64,000 nucleotides of DNA from an uncultured Gemmatimonadota bacterium (GCA_951812955.1 OX638340.1:576001-640000), one strand, 5' to 3'; shown: positions 28,452 to 37,898, counted from the stretch's first letter. Notes: generated by a model from the sequence alone, not told the origin. Numbers and translations are program-made.

Positions 28452-30788
28452 ATGGTAATGGAGTTTGGCAATATCCTTACCGCTTACTTCGATTTCATCT
28501 GGATGTCGTTCCTGCTTCTGGGTCCGATGTTGATGCTGGGTCTGCTGCTTTCGGGCCTGATCCACGTTTTCATCTCCCGGGAAGCGATACTCAGATGGCT
28601 TCAGGACGACAGCCTTCGCTCGGTCTCAATCAGTTCCGCCGTAGGCGTTCCGGTACCGCTCTGCAGCTGTTCCGTCGTTCCCGTAGTTGCCGAAATGCGA
28701 CGAAAGGGGGCTTCCCGCTCATCCTGCATGGCCTTCCTGATTACGGCGCCTGAAACCGGGGCCGACTCCATCCTCGTCACGAACGCTTTTTTCGGCTTCA
28801 TCGCCGCCGTTGTGCGACCTGTCATCAGTTTTATCACAGCCGTCGTGGCGGGTATTTTCTGCATCGGCCTGATCCGGGACGATAGTGGCGAGGCCAAGCC
28901 GGAGGAGGAAGACCACGGACACGCCCACCACGACCATGACCACGGTCACGACCATGGACATGACCACGATCATGACCACGATCACTCGGTCCACGATCCG
29001 CTGCTGTCGGACAAGGATGACTGCTATGTAAGCCCCTCCGCCATGAAGATCCTCATGACGAAGTGGATCAAGGGGTTGACTACCGTGGCGTCCACCTGGA
29101 GGTTCGGATCGTGGATCAAACCGGAATTCTACCGGGAGATCATCGGAGAGCAACCGGCGAAATCCGCGAATCGGACCGAACTGGATGAGGTGGAAGAAAA
29201 ATACCCCGGGCTCGATTTCAAGAAGATCGTCAAGCATATCTTCCACTACGGCTTTGTCGAGATCGCCGATGATATACTCTTCGCGCTGCTCGTCGGTATC
29301 GCGCTGGGCGGCGTGCTGTTCCTGGTCATACCGGCCGACCTGATGTCCAACGAATACGCACGCTGGCTTTCCTACCCCGTAATGATCATCGTCGGCGTGC
29401 CCCTTTACATCTGCGCCTCCGCCAGCACGCCGATTGCCGCCGCGCTGGTCGCCCGGGGCGTCAGTCCAGGGGCCGCCCTGATATTCCTGATGACAGGCCC
29501 CGCGACCAACACAAGCACCATCGCCATCATCATGAGTCAGTTCGGCGCGCGTTTCGCGGCCGTATACGTCACGTCAGTCATCGCGGTCACCGCGGTGATC
29601 GGCATAGCCATCGATTTCATACTGGTGGCCACCGGGTTTGCCATTTCCGTCAACCTGTTGCCTTCCGATTCCCCCACGCTTCAAATTCTGCAGTGGGGCG
29701 GCGCGCTCGGGCTGATCGCGCTTATCGTCTGGAGGTACCGCGCCGGCGCCATGCGCAGCGGTTACGAAGACCTCATGCTCAACATCCGACCCTTCTCCCG
29801 GCCATGGCGGAACACGTGGAAGCGGCTGACCCGTGACCGGTCGTTCCGGGGTACGATTTCACCCACCACACCCATGGGCATGATGCTGTGGGGCTTGCTG
29901 CTGGTCCTCTTTCTTGGCAGCGGGTTCACGGCCGTGCCGCCGGGTCACGTCGGATACGGCCGGTTGTTCGGCGAGGTATACTGGAAAGACCTTCAGCCCG
30001 GGCTTCATTACCTGGCGCCGCGCCCCCTCGTCCAGGTCGACAAGTGGCCAGTCAGGGAAGTAAAATCAATTATGTCCGAGACACCGTACGAGTACGTGTC
30101 GGGCGACCTGAACATGCTCACGCTCACCCTGGACGTCCAGTACCGGGTAAACGACCCGTACACGTATCACTACCGTACGGTCGATCCGGAAGAGATCATC
30201 GAAGACGCGGTGCGCGAGCACGTTCGTACTTTTGTCAACGCACGTGACCTGGATCGGCTCCTCACTGCATACCGGGCGGAACTGGAAGATGAGCTGACGA
30301 ATCTCTTCGTGACGGATGCCCGGATGCACGGCGACAAGTCGGTGCTTGGCACCGTCGACCTCGTGAAGGTCAGCCTGCTGAACGTCACCCCGGCGGCGGA
30401 AGCCCTGAGTTCCTTCCGGGAGATTTCAAGCGCCCAGGAAGACAGGGAAAGAATCATCGTCAACGCGCAACGGTTCATGGTGTCCCTGGTGCCGCGCGCT
30501 CACGGCAATGCCGAGTATGAGAAAGAACAGGCCGATGGAGAGGCATTTCGCAAGGTGGCGACCTCCGCGGCGGAAGCGGATGCCATTATGGTCATTTCTT
30601 CTGCCATGCAGACGGCGCCGGAAGTCCTGCGGAACATGCTGTGGCGGGAAAAGTTGGAATCCGCTCTCGCCGGCAATCCCAAGATTATCGTGCCCAACAG
30701 ACAGAGTTTCAACAAGGTCGCGATCTGGAAAAAGAGGCCGGCGGAAGCCGCCGCCCCATCCGCCAAGACAGGAGGTAAAGGCAAATGA
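28452..30788 (+). CDS. fusion protein: DUF318/ArsP-type (SO_0444-like Cu/Zn efflux) permease + His-rich loop + HflK-like SPFH (Band 7) domain
   Basis: One uninterrupted 778-codon ORF. N-terminal half is polytopic with 'VPVPLCSCSVVPVVAEM' and 'APETGADS'. Loop with 14 His in 29 residues. From about aa 474, a TM anchor 'MGMMLWGLLLVLFLGSGF' followed by 'VPPGHVGYGRLFGEVYWKDLQPGLHY' and a coiled-coil tail. Confidence 0.75.
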   Translation: MVMEFGNILTAYFDFIWMSFLLLGPMLMLGLLLSGLIHVFISREAILRWLQDDSLRSVSISSAVGVPVPLCSCSVVPVVAEMRRKGASRSSCMAFLITAPETGADSILVTNAFFGFIAAVVRPVISFITAVVAGIFCIGLIRDDSGEAKPEEEDHGHAHHDHDHGHDHGHDHDHDHDHSVHDPLLSDKDDCYVSPSAMKILMTKWIKGLTTVASTWRFGSWIKPEFYREIIGEQPAKSANRTELDEVEEKYPGLDFKKIVKHIFHYGFVEIADDILFALLVGIALGGVLFLVIPADLMSNEYARWLSYPVMIIVGVPLYICASASTPIAAALVARGVSPGAALIFLMTGPATNTSTIAIIMSQFGARFAAVYVTSVIAVTAVIGIAIDFILVATGFAISVNLLPSDSPTLQILQWGGALGLIALIVWRYRAGAMRSGYEDLMLNIRPFSRPWRNTWKRLTRDRSFRGTISPTTPMGMMLWGLLLVLFLGSGFTAVPPGHVGYGRLFGEVYWKDLQPGLHYLAPRPLVQVDKWPVREVKSIMSETPYEYVSGDLNMLTLTLDVQYRVNDPYTYHYRTVDPEEIIEDAVREHVRTFVNARDLDRLLTAYRAELEDELTNLFVTDARMHGDKSVLGTVDLVKVSLLNVTPAAEALSSFREISSAQEDRERIIVNAQRFMVSLVPRAHGNAEYEKEQADGEAFRKVATSAAEADAIMVISSAMQTAPEVLRNMLWREKLESALAGNPKIIVPNRQSFNKVAIWKKRPAEAAAPSAKTGGKGK

Positions 30789-31678
30789 CCGGTAAGGGAC
30801 GTGGCATCCGAACGGCCATCGTCGCGCTCGTGCTGGCGGCGATCGTTTACGACTGTTTCTATGTGATCAACGAAACCCAGCAGGGGGTCCTGACGAACTT
30901 CGGCCGGATTTCGCCTCCGGTGAAGCAGCCCGGACTACATGTCAAGTGGCCCCGACCGATTTCAAGAGTCTACAAGGTGGACCGGAGGCTGCAGACACTC
31001 ACCGACGTGTCCCATGAGTTGATTACCGAAGATCAGAAGAACATCCTGATCAGCGGCTACCTGCTCTGGCGCATCGTAGACCCAATCCTGTATGTCGAGG
31101 CGATACGCACGGGCGCCAATGCAGCCGAACGTCTGCGGGATCTCTACCTTTCGAGCAGTGGGATCGTGATCAGTAACAAGGCCCGTGATGCATTCATCAG
31201 CCTTGGGCTGGAACACGAAGACCTGCACGAAGCGGCCCGTGACATCCTGAGCAGTGTCGCCCCGATTGCCAGTACCAACTATGGTATCGAGGTGCTGAAA
31301 GCCGGTATCATCGAATACACGCTGCCCATGGAAAACCGCCCGGCCGTGATCCAGCGTATGATATCGGAGCGCGCGCGCATCGCGGCCCGGTACCGCAGCG
31401 AGGGCGAGGAGATGGCCATCCGCATCGAAGCGCTGGCAATAAACGAACATGAGAAGCTTATGGCGGAGGCGCACGCGGAAGCCACGGCCATACTCGGTGA
31501 GGCCGAAGCGGAAGCGATGGCTTTGCTGGGCAGGGCTTACCGGAGGGACCCGGCGTTCTACCGGTTCATCCGGGCCCTTGACAGTTATGATCTGATTATC
31601 GACAAAAACACGACCCTTATGTTGCCGGCCGACAACGAACTGTTCAGATACCTGGACAGCAGAACGGTTCCCAGGTAG
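30785..31678 (+). CDS. hflC: HflC-like SPFH-domain protein
   Basis: ATG overlaps the upstream stop (ATGA). 'YVINETQQGVLTNFGRI..PGLHVKWP'. The C-terminus 'DPAFYRFIRALDSY...LFRYL' parallels E. coli HflC 'DPDFYAFIRSLRAY...FFRYM'. Confidence 0.8.
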   Translation: MTGKGRGIRTAIVALVLAAIVYDCFYVINETQQGVLTNFGRISPPVKQPGLHVKWPRPISRVYKVDRRLQTLTDVSHELITEDQKNILISGYLLWRIVDPILYVEAIRTGANAAERLRDLYLSSSGIVISNKARDAFISLGLEHEDLHEAARDILSSVAPIASTNYGIEVLKAGIIEYTLPMENRPAVIQRMISERARIAARYRSEGEEMAIRIEALAINEHEKLMAEAHAEATAILGEAEAEAMALLGRAYRRDPAFYRFIRALDSYDLIIDKNTTLMLPADNELFRYLDSRTVPR

Positions 31679-31695
31679 AGCGAGATCTCAAACCC

Positions 31696-33033
31696 ATGAC
31701 GAACGAAAAGCGACCTTTACCTTACAGCACGCGCGTAATCTATGCCATGTTCGATTGGGCGCGCACCTACGGCTGGAACCGGCTGTTCTGGAGCGTGATC
31801 GCCTTTTCCATCGTGGCCGTGCTGGCCAGCGGGTTTTATATCATAAAGAAAGAAGAGCAGGGCGTCCTCGTTCGTTTCGGCAAGGTGGTGGACGAGAACC
31901 TTGGTCCGGGCATTCATTACTGCGTTCCGTTCATATACGAAACCCACATACGCAAGGTGAAGCGCATCGTCCGTGTCTCTATCGTCAGCGAAGGGACGGC
32001 TGGGGATACGCACGTCACGCTGCTGTCCGGCGACACGAACCTTGTGGAGGTGGATGTGGCCGTGCAGTACAAGATAGACAACCTGCGAAACTATCTCTTT
32101 GCGGTTTCGGACCCGACGATGTTGATGACCATGATCGTACGGGAAGAAATGGTCAATATCGTGGGGCAGAATTTCATCGACCTTATACTCACGTCTAACC
32201 GGAACATCATCGAACGTCATCTCCACGACTTCCTCGCCGGACGTCTCGAAACGATTGACATCGGTATCGAACTCGTCGACCTGAACATCCTGGACATCCG
32301 CCCCATCGAAGAGACCGTAGAGGCCTTCCGGGACGTCAACGATGCCATTTCCGAGCGCATGCAGTCCATCAGCAACGCCAACCTGCGCAGGGAGAAACTG
32401 GTCGCCCGCACGAAGGGCCAGACGGAAGCGATTGTCATGGATGCGAAAGCCACGGCGAGAGAACGCGTTCTGCAGGCCGAAAGCAGTGCCGGCGCATTCT
32501 CGAAACTGCTAGACGAATACGCCAAGCAACCGGCCCAGGTGGGCATTACCCGTTACTGGCAGCGGATGCGAACGATTTTCGCCGAAGCGAACCTGGCCGC
32601 GGTTAATCCCGGCAACGACGCGAATATCGAAGTCAACCTGGTAGACAGCGGCACGGCGTTGACGCCGGTGGAAATGGCTTTCGATTCGCCGGAAGCGTTG
32701 TCGGCCGCCGGCCCCGATTCGCTGGACAGGCCGGTTTATTCGACCTTGCCCCCGGATATTCATCGATATGAGAACATCGACAGGGACGGTTTCCTGATCG
32801 AAGGCAGATTCCATAGCAGGAACACCGAACGGGATCACCTTCCCGTCGCCAGGCCTCGATCGCTCATTTTCGACACGCCTTCCATCTTCAGCCATGGACA
32901 CGTGGCGACAAGCAGCACGGACACGGCGAATCAATCAGGCGAGAAGGCCATGGTCGATACCATGCACGACGAAGAAAGCGAAGAAGAATCTAAAGAGGGC
33001 ACGGAAGGGAGCCAAAGTGATCCGAAGCAATAA
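31696..33033 (+). CDS. hflK: HflK-like SPFH-domain protein with long acidic C-terminal tail
   Basis: 'FYIIKKEEQGVLVRFGKVVDENLGPGIHYCVPF', 'VEAFRDVNDAISE', then a coiled coil. The last 110 aa or so are non-homologous, ending 'DEESEEESKEGTEGSQSD'. Confidence 0.75.
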   Translation: MTNEKRPLPYSTRVIYAMFDWARTYGWNRLFWSVIAFSIVAVLASGFYIIKKEEQGVLVRFGKVVDENLGPGIHYCVPFIYETHIRKVKRIVRVSIVSEGTAGDTHVTLLSGDTNLVEVDVAVQYKIDNLRNYLFAVSDPTMLMTMIVREEMVNIVGQNFIDLILTSNRNIIERHLHDFLAGRLETIDIGIELVDLNILDIRPIEETVEAFRDVNDAISERMQSISNANLRREKLVARTKGQTEAIVMDAKATARERVLQAESSAGAFSKLLDEYAKQPAQVGITRYWQRMRTIFAEANLAAVNPGNDANIEVNLVDSGTALTPVEMAFDSPEALSAAGPDSLDRPVYSTLPPDIHRYENIDRDGFLIEGRFHSRNTERDHLPVARPRSLIFDTPSIFSHGHVATSSTDTANQSGEKAMVDTMHDEESEEESKEGTEGSQSDPKQ

Positions 33034-34180
33034 ATCGCCCGGTCTTGCCTCGCTGGCAGCCGCCATTTTCATCACATTGCTGGCACACCCCTTGCCGGCC
33101 AGGGCGGAAACAGGCATATCCTCGGATGCCATCGTATTCGGTCAAAGCGCATGCTTTACGGGTCCCAACCGGAATCTGGGACTGTACTACAGGGCAGGCA
33201 TTCTTTCCGCATTCGAGGAACGGAACCGAGAGGGCGGGATCAACGGAAGGACGTTAAGGCTGCTTTCGCTGGATGATGGATATGAGCCGGAACAGGCCGC
33301 AGCGAACGCGGAGCGGTTTGCGGCGGAAAATGACGTCTTCGCGGTAATCGGCGGCGTGGGGACGCCGACTGCAAAGCGCATCGCCCCCGTTCTCCGCTCA
33401 GCCGACATACCCTTCGTCGGTCCTTTCACTGGCGCGGATTTCCTGCGTAATTTCGACCGGTTCCCCAACGTCATCAACCTCCGGGCCGCGTACCTGGATG
33501 AAGTCGTGACCATGGTTGATTATATCGTAAATGATCTGGGAAAGAACCGGTTCGGCGTCATCTACCAGGACGACGCCTTTGGACGCTCTGTACTTCGAGA
33601 CTTCCAGATTGCGCTCAACGCCCATGACCTGCCAATCCTTGCAAAGACCGCCCATTCCCGGAACACCCACGCGGTACACGCGGGGTTGTTTATGATCTCC
33701 AAGGCGGACCTCGATGCCATTCTGATTGTGGGATCGTATGCCGCAAACTCTGAGATCATCAACCTGTCCCACTCCCTGGGTCATGACTACATCGTTGCGA
33801 ATCTTTCTTTTGTCCTTTCCCACGAACTGAAGAAGCTGGTCGAAAACCATTCGAACAAAATCCTGGTGACCGAGGTAATACCGGATCCGAACAGCACTTC
33901 CAGCCTGGTAGTCCAGCGTTTCCTGGACGCGTTGCGGCCGGAATACGGAGAGGCCGAGACTGTCACGGCCCTGGTGAACGAAGTGGCCCTGGAAGGCTAC
34001 ATCCTCGGACGTTTCGTAATTGATGTGCTGGAGCGCATGGAAGGCGTTTTGACACGGGAACAATTCATGAACGTCGCGCTGTCTCCCGATAAAGTCATGA
34101 TCGACGACTGGACCCTGGAGTTCGCGCCCGGTACGAATACGGGGTCAAGATACATCCGGCTTACCAATCTGGGCGAATAG
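33017..34180 (+). CDS. periplasmic substrate-binding protein (Leu/Ile/Val-binding, Peripla_BP_6 type), orphan
   Basis: GTG 33017 (GGAAGGGA upstream) gives signal peptide 'LASLAAAIFITLLAHPLPARA'. 'IVFGQSACFTGPN...LDDGYEP...VIGGVGTPT'. No ABC permease or ATPase gene nearby. Confidence 0.75.
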   Translation: MIRSNKSPGLASLAAAIFITLLAHPLPARAETGISSDAIVFGQSACFTGPNRNLGLYYRAGILSAFEERNREGGINGRTLRLLSLDDGYEPEQAAANAERFAAENDVFAVIGGVGTPTAKRIAPVLRSADIPFVGPFTGADFLRNFDRFPNVINLRAAYLDEVVTMVDYIVNDLGKNRFGVIYQDDAFGRSVLRDFQIALNAHDLPILAKTAHSRNTHAVHAGLFMISKADLDAILIVGSYAANSEIINLSHSLGHDYIVANLSFVLSHELKKLVENHSNKILVTEVIPDPNSTSSLVVQRFLDALRPEYGEAETVTALVNEVALEGYILGRFVIDVLERMEGVLTREQFMNVALSPDKVMIDDWTLEFAPGTNTGSRYIRLTNLGE

Positions 34181-34204
34181 CAACCTTTACACGAGGACTG
34201 ACCT

Positions 34205-34693
34205 GTGAAGAAGGTGGATGAGTTTACGGTCGAGGAAATCGGCGAGGAGTGGTTGCGCGAGCTTTACAAGGTCGTCGCGCTCCGGCGCGGTACCATGTTC
34301 AGGATGATTACTGAATCGACCCGTCTTCTCTTGTTCGGTAACGCGGGTGGCGCGGCGCTGATCATCGGCTTCATGAGCGCGGCAACGGGCGACCAGGCGT
34401 CCTCCTACCACTGGTTCAGCTTGTTTTCACTGCTCTCGTTCGCGCTAGGCACCCTTGCCTCCGCCCTGACGATGATCCTGGTGGCCGTAGTCTCGGTAAA
34501 AGAAGCCCACGGCGCCGAGAACGCGCTGAAACGTTTCGTCGATGGAGAAATCAACCGGTCACAGGTCATGTTCACCGTTGAAGAGCAAACCTTCCGTCTC
34601 GCCGATTCGGCCACCGTATCGGGTATTGTGAGTGCACTGGGGTTCATGGTGGGCGGGTTGGTCACGATAGCACTGCTTACGATTTTCTTCTAA
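34205..34693 (+). CDS. hypothetical small membrane protein (3-4 predicted TM segments)
   Basis: GTG start with GAGGA 7 nt upstream. Hydrophobic stretches 'LLLFGNAGGAALIIGFM', 'FSLFSLLSFALGTLASALTMILVAVV', 'GIVSALGFMVGGLVTIALLTIFF'. No family recognised. Confidence 0.5.
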   Translation: MKKVDEFTVEEIGEEWLRELYKVVALRRGTMFRMITESTRLLLFGNAGGAALIIGFMSAATGDQASSYHWFSLFSLLSFALGTLASALTMILVAVVSVKEAHGAENALKRFVDGEINRSQVMFTVEEQTFRLADSATVSGIVSALGFMVGGLVTIALLTIFF

Positions 34694-34766
34694 ATCGGCA
34701 CGCCGCAGTATAGCATACGTCCTCGCAGGAACATACACGCACATAGATGGTTAGGACGCTTCCGCT

Positions 34767-35642
34767 GTGTTGAATGATATTGTATTGCTTCTCCTGACCT
34801 ACTCGGCGGCGATCTTTGCCGTATCCCTTCTGGGCGGCAAACTTTCGGCCATCGTCACCATGACCCATTTCCGCACGCAACTGGTCATGAGTCTCGTGGC
34901 GGGGTTTCTGCTGGGCGTCGCCATGTACCACCTCCTGTTGCACAGCCTGGAGGATATCCCCGGACCGTATGCCGGTGAAATCGCCGTGGGGTGTGCGGTA
35001 CTTGGCGTCATCATGATTATCGTGCTGCTGCGAATATTCCGGTTTCATCAACACGAATTCGATCACGAAGCAGTGGAGACGCCGGACCAGCATGGCCACC
35101 ACGATCATCATGGTTCGGTAAACGTCAACCCCCGCAGCGTGTTCGGTGTCGCCACGGGTCTCGGGCTGCACACGGTAACCGAAGGTATCGCCCTCGGCGC
35201 GAGCATGCGTATCGGTTTGATTCATGAAGGGGAAACGATTCTTGTCGGCCTGGGGGTATTTCTGGCGATCATGCTGCATAAGCCGTTGGACGCGTACTCC
35301 ATTATAGGATTGATGAGAGTGTCGGGCTACGGCGACCGGGCTTGTACGTTGACTAACGTCGGTTTCGCCCTGTTGTGTCCGCTCATTACGATATTGACCT
35401 ACCTTGGCGTCGGCGTGTTGAGTGAACTCAACGAGCTGCATGTCGTGGGATACATCATGGCCTTCGCCGCCGGAGTCTTTCTGTGCATCTCCCTGAGCGA
35501 TCTGCTGCCCGAGATACAGTTTCACACTCACGACCGCGGAATACTCGCCGTCGCCTTCCTCATCGGGATCGGTCTCGCCTACGCCCTGTTCTATTTCGAA
35601 TCCGACACCATGCATGGGCTGGAGACGCTGGACACCCATTAG
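34767..35642 (+). CDS. ZIP family divalent-metal transporter
   Basis: 8-TM-like profile. 'GLHTVTEGIALGAS' and 'MLHKPLDAYSIIG' metal-site helices. His-rich cytoplasmic loop 'HQHEFDHEAVETPDQHGHHDHHG'. 'CISLSDLLPE'. Confidence 0.75.
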   Translation: MLNDIVLLLLTYSAAIFAVSLLGGKLSAIVTMTHFRTQLVMSLVAGFLLGVAMYHLLLHSLEDIPGPYAGEIAVGCAVLGVIMIIVLLRIFRFHQHEFDHEAVETPDQHGHHDHHGSVNVNPRSVFGVATGLGLHTVTEGIALGASMRIGLIHEGETILVGLGVFLAIMLHKPLDAYSIIGLMRVSGYGDRACTLTNVGFALLCPLITILTYLGVGVLSELNELHVVGYIMAFAAGVFLCISLSDLLPEIQFHTHDRGILAVAFLIGIGLAYALFYFESDTMHGLETLDTH

Positions 35643-35669
35643 CGTTCCCCCGCACTGCGAGTACTGGAG

Positions 35670-37898
35670 ATGACGACAAACTCCACGCAAGCGCAGCACT
35701 TCGACGTGGATACCGAAACCCGCGTATTCCACGTAGAGGGCATGACCTGCAGCGCGTGTTCCGCGCGGGTTGAGAAAATCCTTTCCGATGTCCCGGGTGT
35801 CGCCGCCGCCCACGTAAACCTTGCCCTTGAACGTGCGACACTTACAGTCAGGCCAACCCTGGATGTTGACACGCTGGCCGGGCCCGTGGCCGATGCCGGA
35901 TACAGGCTGACTCCCGTACAGGATGATCGATACGAACCTGAAATGGCACGCGGTCAGGCAAGCCGGGATCGTGTCGCCATGATCACCGCGATCATCGTGA
36001 CCTCCCCCTTTCTTCTGCAGATGCTGAGCAGACTGCTGCAAAGCTGGACCGGCATCGAATGGCATATGCCGGTCTACGCGGAAGCGCTGGCGGCTACTGT
36101 TCTGCAGATCGGTATCGGCGCCCGTTATTACCGGAGCGCTTTTCACGCGTTGCGCGGCGGCGGCGCGAACATGGACGTCCTGGTGGCCCTGGGCACGTCG
36201 TCCGCCTTCGCATACAGCTGGTACCTGGTGATCAGTCAGGGTTCCGGCGCGTCGGGGCAACTCTACTTCGAAGCCTCGGCGATCATCATTACTCTCGTGC
36301 TCGTCGGCAAGCACATCGAAACCCGTGCGCGGCGAAGCGCGGGCCGTGCGATACGCGAGCTGCTCGCCATCCGGCCGGTTACCGCGCAGATACGAACGGC
36401 GGACGGTACGGAGTGGGAAATGCCGGTGCACGCTTTGAAGGTGGGTGACGTCGTGATCTGCCGCCCCGGCGACCGGGTAGCCGTGGACGGCGTCGTGCTG
36501 CGGGGAGAGGCCGAAGTCGACGAGGCCCTCATCACCGGCGAGAGCGTACCCGTTCCGAAAAGCCCTGCCGACACCGCGATTGCCGGATCGTTGAATATCA
36601 ACGGCTTCATGGAAATCGAGGCCCGAGCCGTCGGAAGTGATTCGACCCTGGGCCGGGTGATCCGCCTGGTCGAAAACGCCCAGGCCGCCAAACCAGCCAT
36701 CCAGCGCCTGGTGGATCGAATCAGCGGCGTATTCGTACCTGTTGTCGTAGGCCTGGCCGTGATCACTTTTGCCGGGTGGATCCTCGCAGGGGGCGATCTT
36801 GAAACTGCTTTGATAAATGCCGTTTCCGTCCTCGTCATCGCCTGTCCCTGCGCGCTGGGACTGGCGACACCGACGGCGATCGTGGCCGGCGCCGGAGCGG
36901 CGGCCCGGGCAGGTATCCTGGTTAAGGACATCGAATCCCTGGAACAGGCTCACGGGCTGACTCACATCGTATTCGACAAGACGGGAACGCTGACCGAAGG
37001 CAGGTCAGTCCTCGCGTCCCTGGTTCCCCTGGCCGACCGAGGCGAAGAGGAGTTGCTTTCAATCGCCGCGGGGCTGCAGCAGGGCAGTGAGCATCCCTTC
37101 GCCAGGGCATTCAAGTTGGCCGCGGCCGGACGGAGCGTGTCACCCGCCGGGGTTGAACGATTCAGAAGCGTGGTGGCGCGCGGCGTCGAGGGCGAAGTCG
37201 AAGGGACGCGTTACCTGCTCGGCAACCGAAGACTCTTCCACGAGGCCTGCGGGGATACGCCACCGCCAGATTCCCCGCAATCCGGCGGCGTGTCCGCGGT
37301 CTGGCTGGCCGCCCGAGGAGATGCCGGATGCGAATACCTGGCTCGCTTCGATCTCGTCGATGCATTACGCGCCGACGCGGCTGAAGTGGTTGACAGGCTC
37401 AGGAAGCTCGGGGTAAGGATCTTGCTCGTATCGGGCGATGCGGAATCCGTAGTGGCGCAGATCGGCAGCGCGGCGGGTGTCGACGAATCGTACGGCGGCG
37501 CCACGCCGGAAGACAAGGAGCGTATCGTCGGACGATTGACGGAGAGCGGGGCGAAGGTCTGCATGGTCGGCGACGGGATCAACGACGCGCCGGCCCTCGC
37601 CCGCGCAACCGTGGGTATCGCCATGGGTTCCGGTACGGACGTGGCGATGGAAACGGCAGCGATCACGCTGATGAGACCCGAACCGGTCCTGGTGGCCGGC
37701 GCCATCGACGTGAGTCGAAGGACAATCCGGAAAATAAAGCAGAATCTGTTCTGGGCGTTTATCTACAACGTAATCGGACTTCCGCTGGCCGCAACGGGAT
37801 TCCTCTTCCCGGCGCTCGCCGCGGCCATGATGGCCTGCTCCAGCATCAGCGTCGTGCTCAACTCTATGACGCTCCGCGCATGGCGGCCCGATTCGTAA
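35670..37898 (+). CDS. copA: copper-translocating P1B-type ATPase
   Basis: HMA domain 'GMTCSACSARVEK'. TM 'CPCALGLATP'. 'DKTGTLTEG', 'SEHPFARA', 'MVGDGINDAPAL'. Confidence 0.9.
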   Translation: MTTNSTQAQHFDVDTETRVFHVEGMTCSACSARVEKILSDVPGVAAAHVNLALERATLTVRPTLDVDTLAGPVADAGYRLTPVQDDRYEPEMARGQASRDRVAMITAIIVTSPFLLQMLSRLLQSWTGIEWHMPVYAEALAATVLQIGIGARYYRSAFHALRGGGANMDVLVALGTSSAFAYSWYLVISQGSGASGQLYFEASAIIITLVLVGKHIETRARRSAGRAIRELLAIRPVTAQIRTADGTEWEMPVHALKVGDVVICRPGDRVAVDGVVLRGEAEVDEALITGESVPVPKSPADTAIAGSLNINGFMEIEARAVGSDSTLGRVIRLVENAQAAKPAIQRLVDRISGVFVPVVVGLAVITFAGWILAGGDLETALINAVSVLVIACPCALGLATPTAIVAGAGAAARAGILVKDIESLEQAHGLTHIVFDKTGTLTEGRSVLASLVPLADRGEEELLSIAAGLQQGSEHPFARAFKLAAAGRSVSPAGVERFRSVVARGVEGEVEGTRYLLGNRRLFHEACGDTPPPDSPQSGGVSAVWLAARGDAGCEYLARFDLVDALRADAAEVVDRLRKLGVRILLVSGDAESVVAQIGSAAGVDESYGGATPEDKERIVGRLTESGAKVCMVGDGINDAPALARATVGIAMGSGTDVAMETAAITLMRPEPVLVAGAIDVSRRTIRKIKQNLFWAFIYNVIGLPLAATGFLFPALAAAMMACSSISVVLNSMTLRAWRPDS

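Noticed and set aside
29874-30788. Independent SPFH gene starting at the internal ATG GGC ATG ATG (about 29874) rather than a fusion
   Set aside because: There is no stop codon anywhere between the permease part and this ATG in the reading frame, and no SD precedes it. The sequence as given therefore encodes one polypeptide. A sequencing indel remains the main caveat.
34677-36965. 762-aa ORF on the minus strand, the second-longest in the window
   Set aside because: It is entirely antisense to the ZIP transporter and the first 1.3 kb of copA, and both of those have unmistakable family motifs. Its translation is Arg/Gly/His/Asp-rich with no recognisable domain. This is a typical GC-rich antisense shadow ORF.
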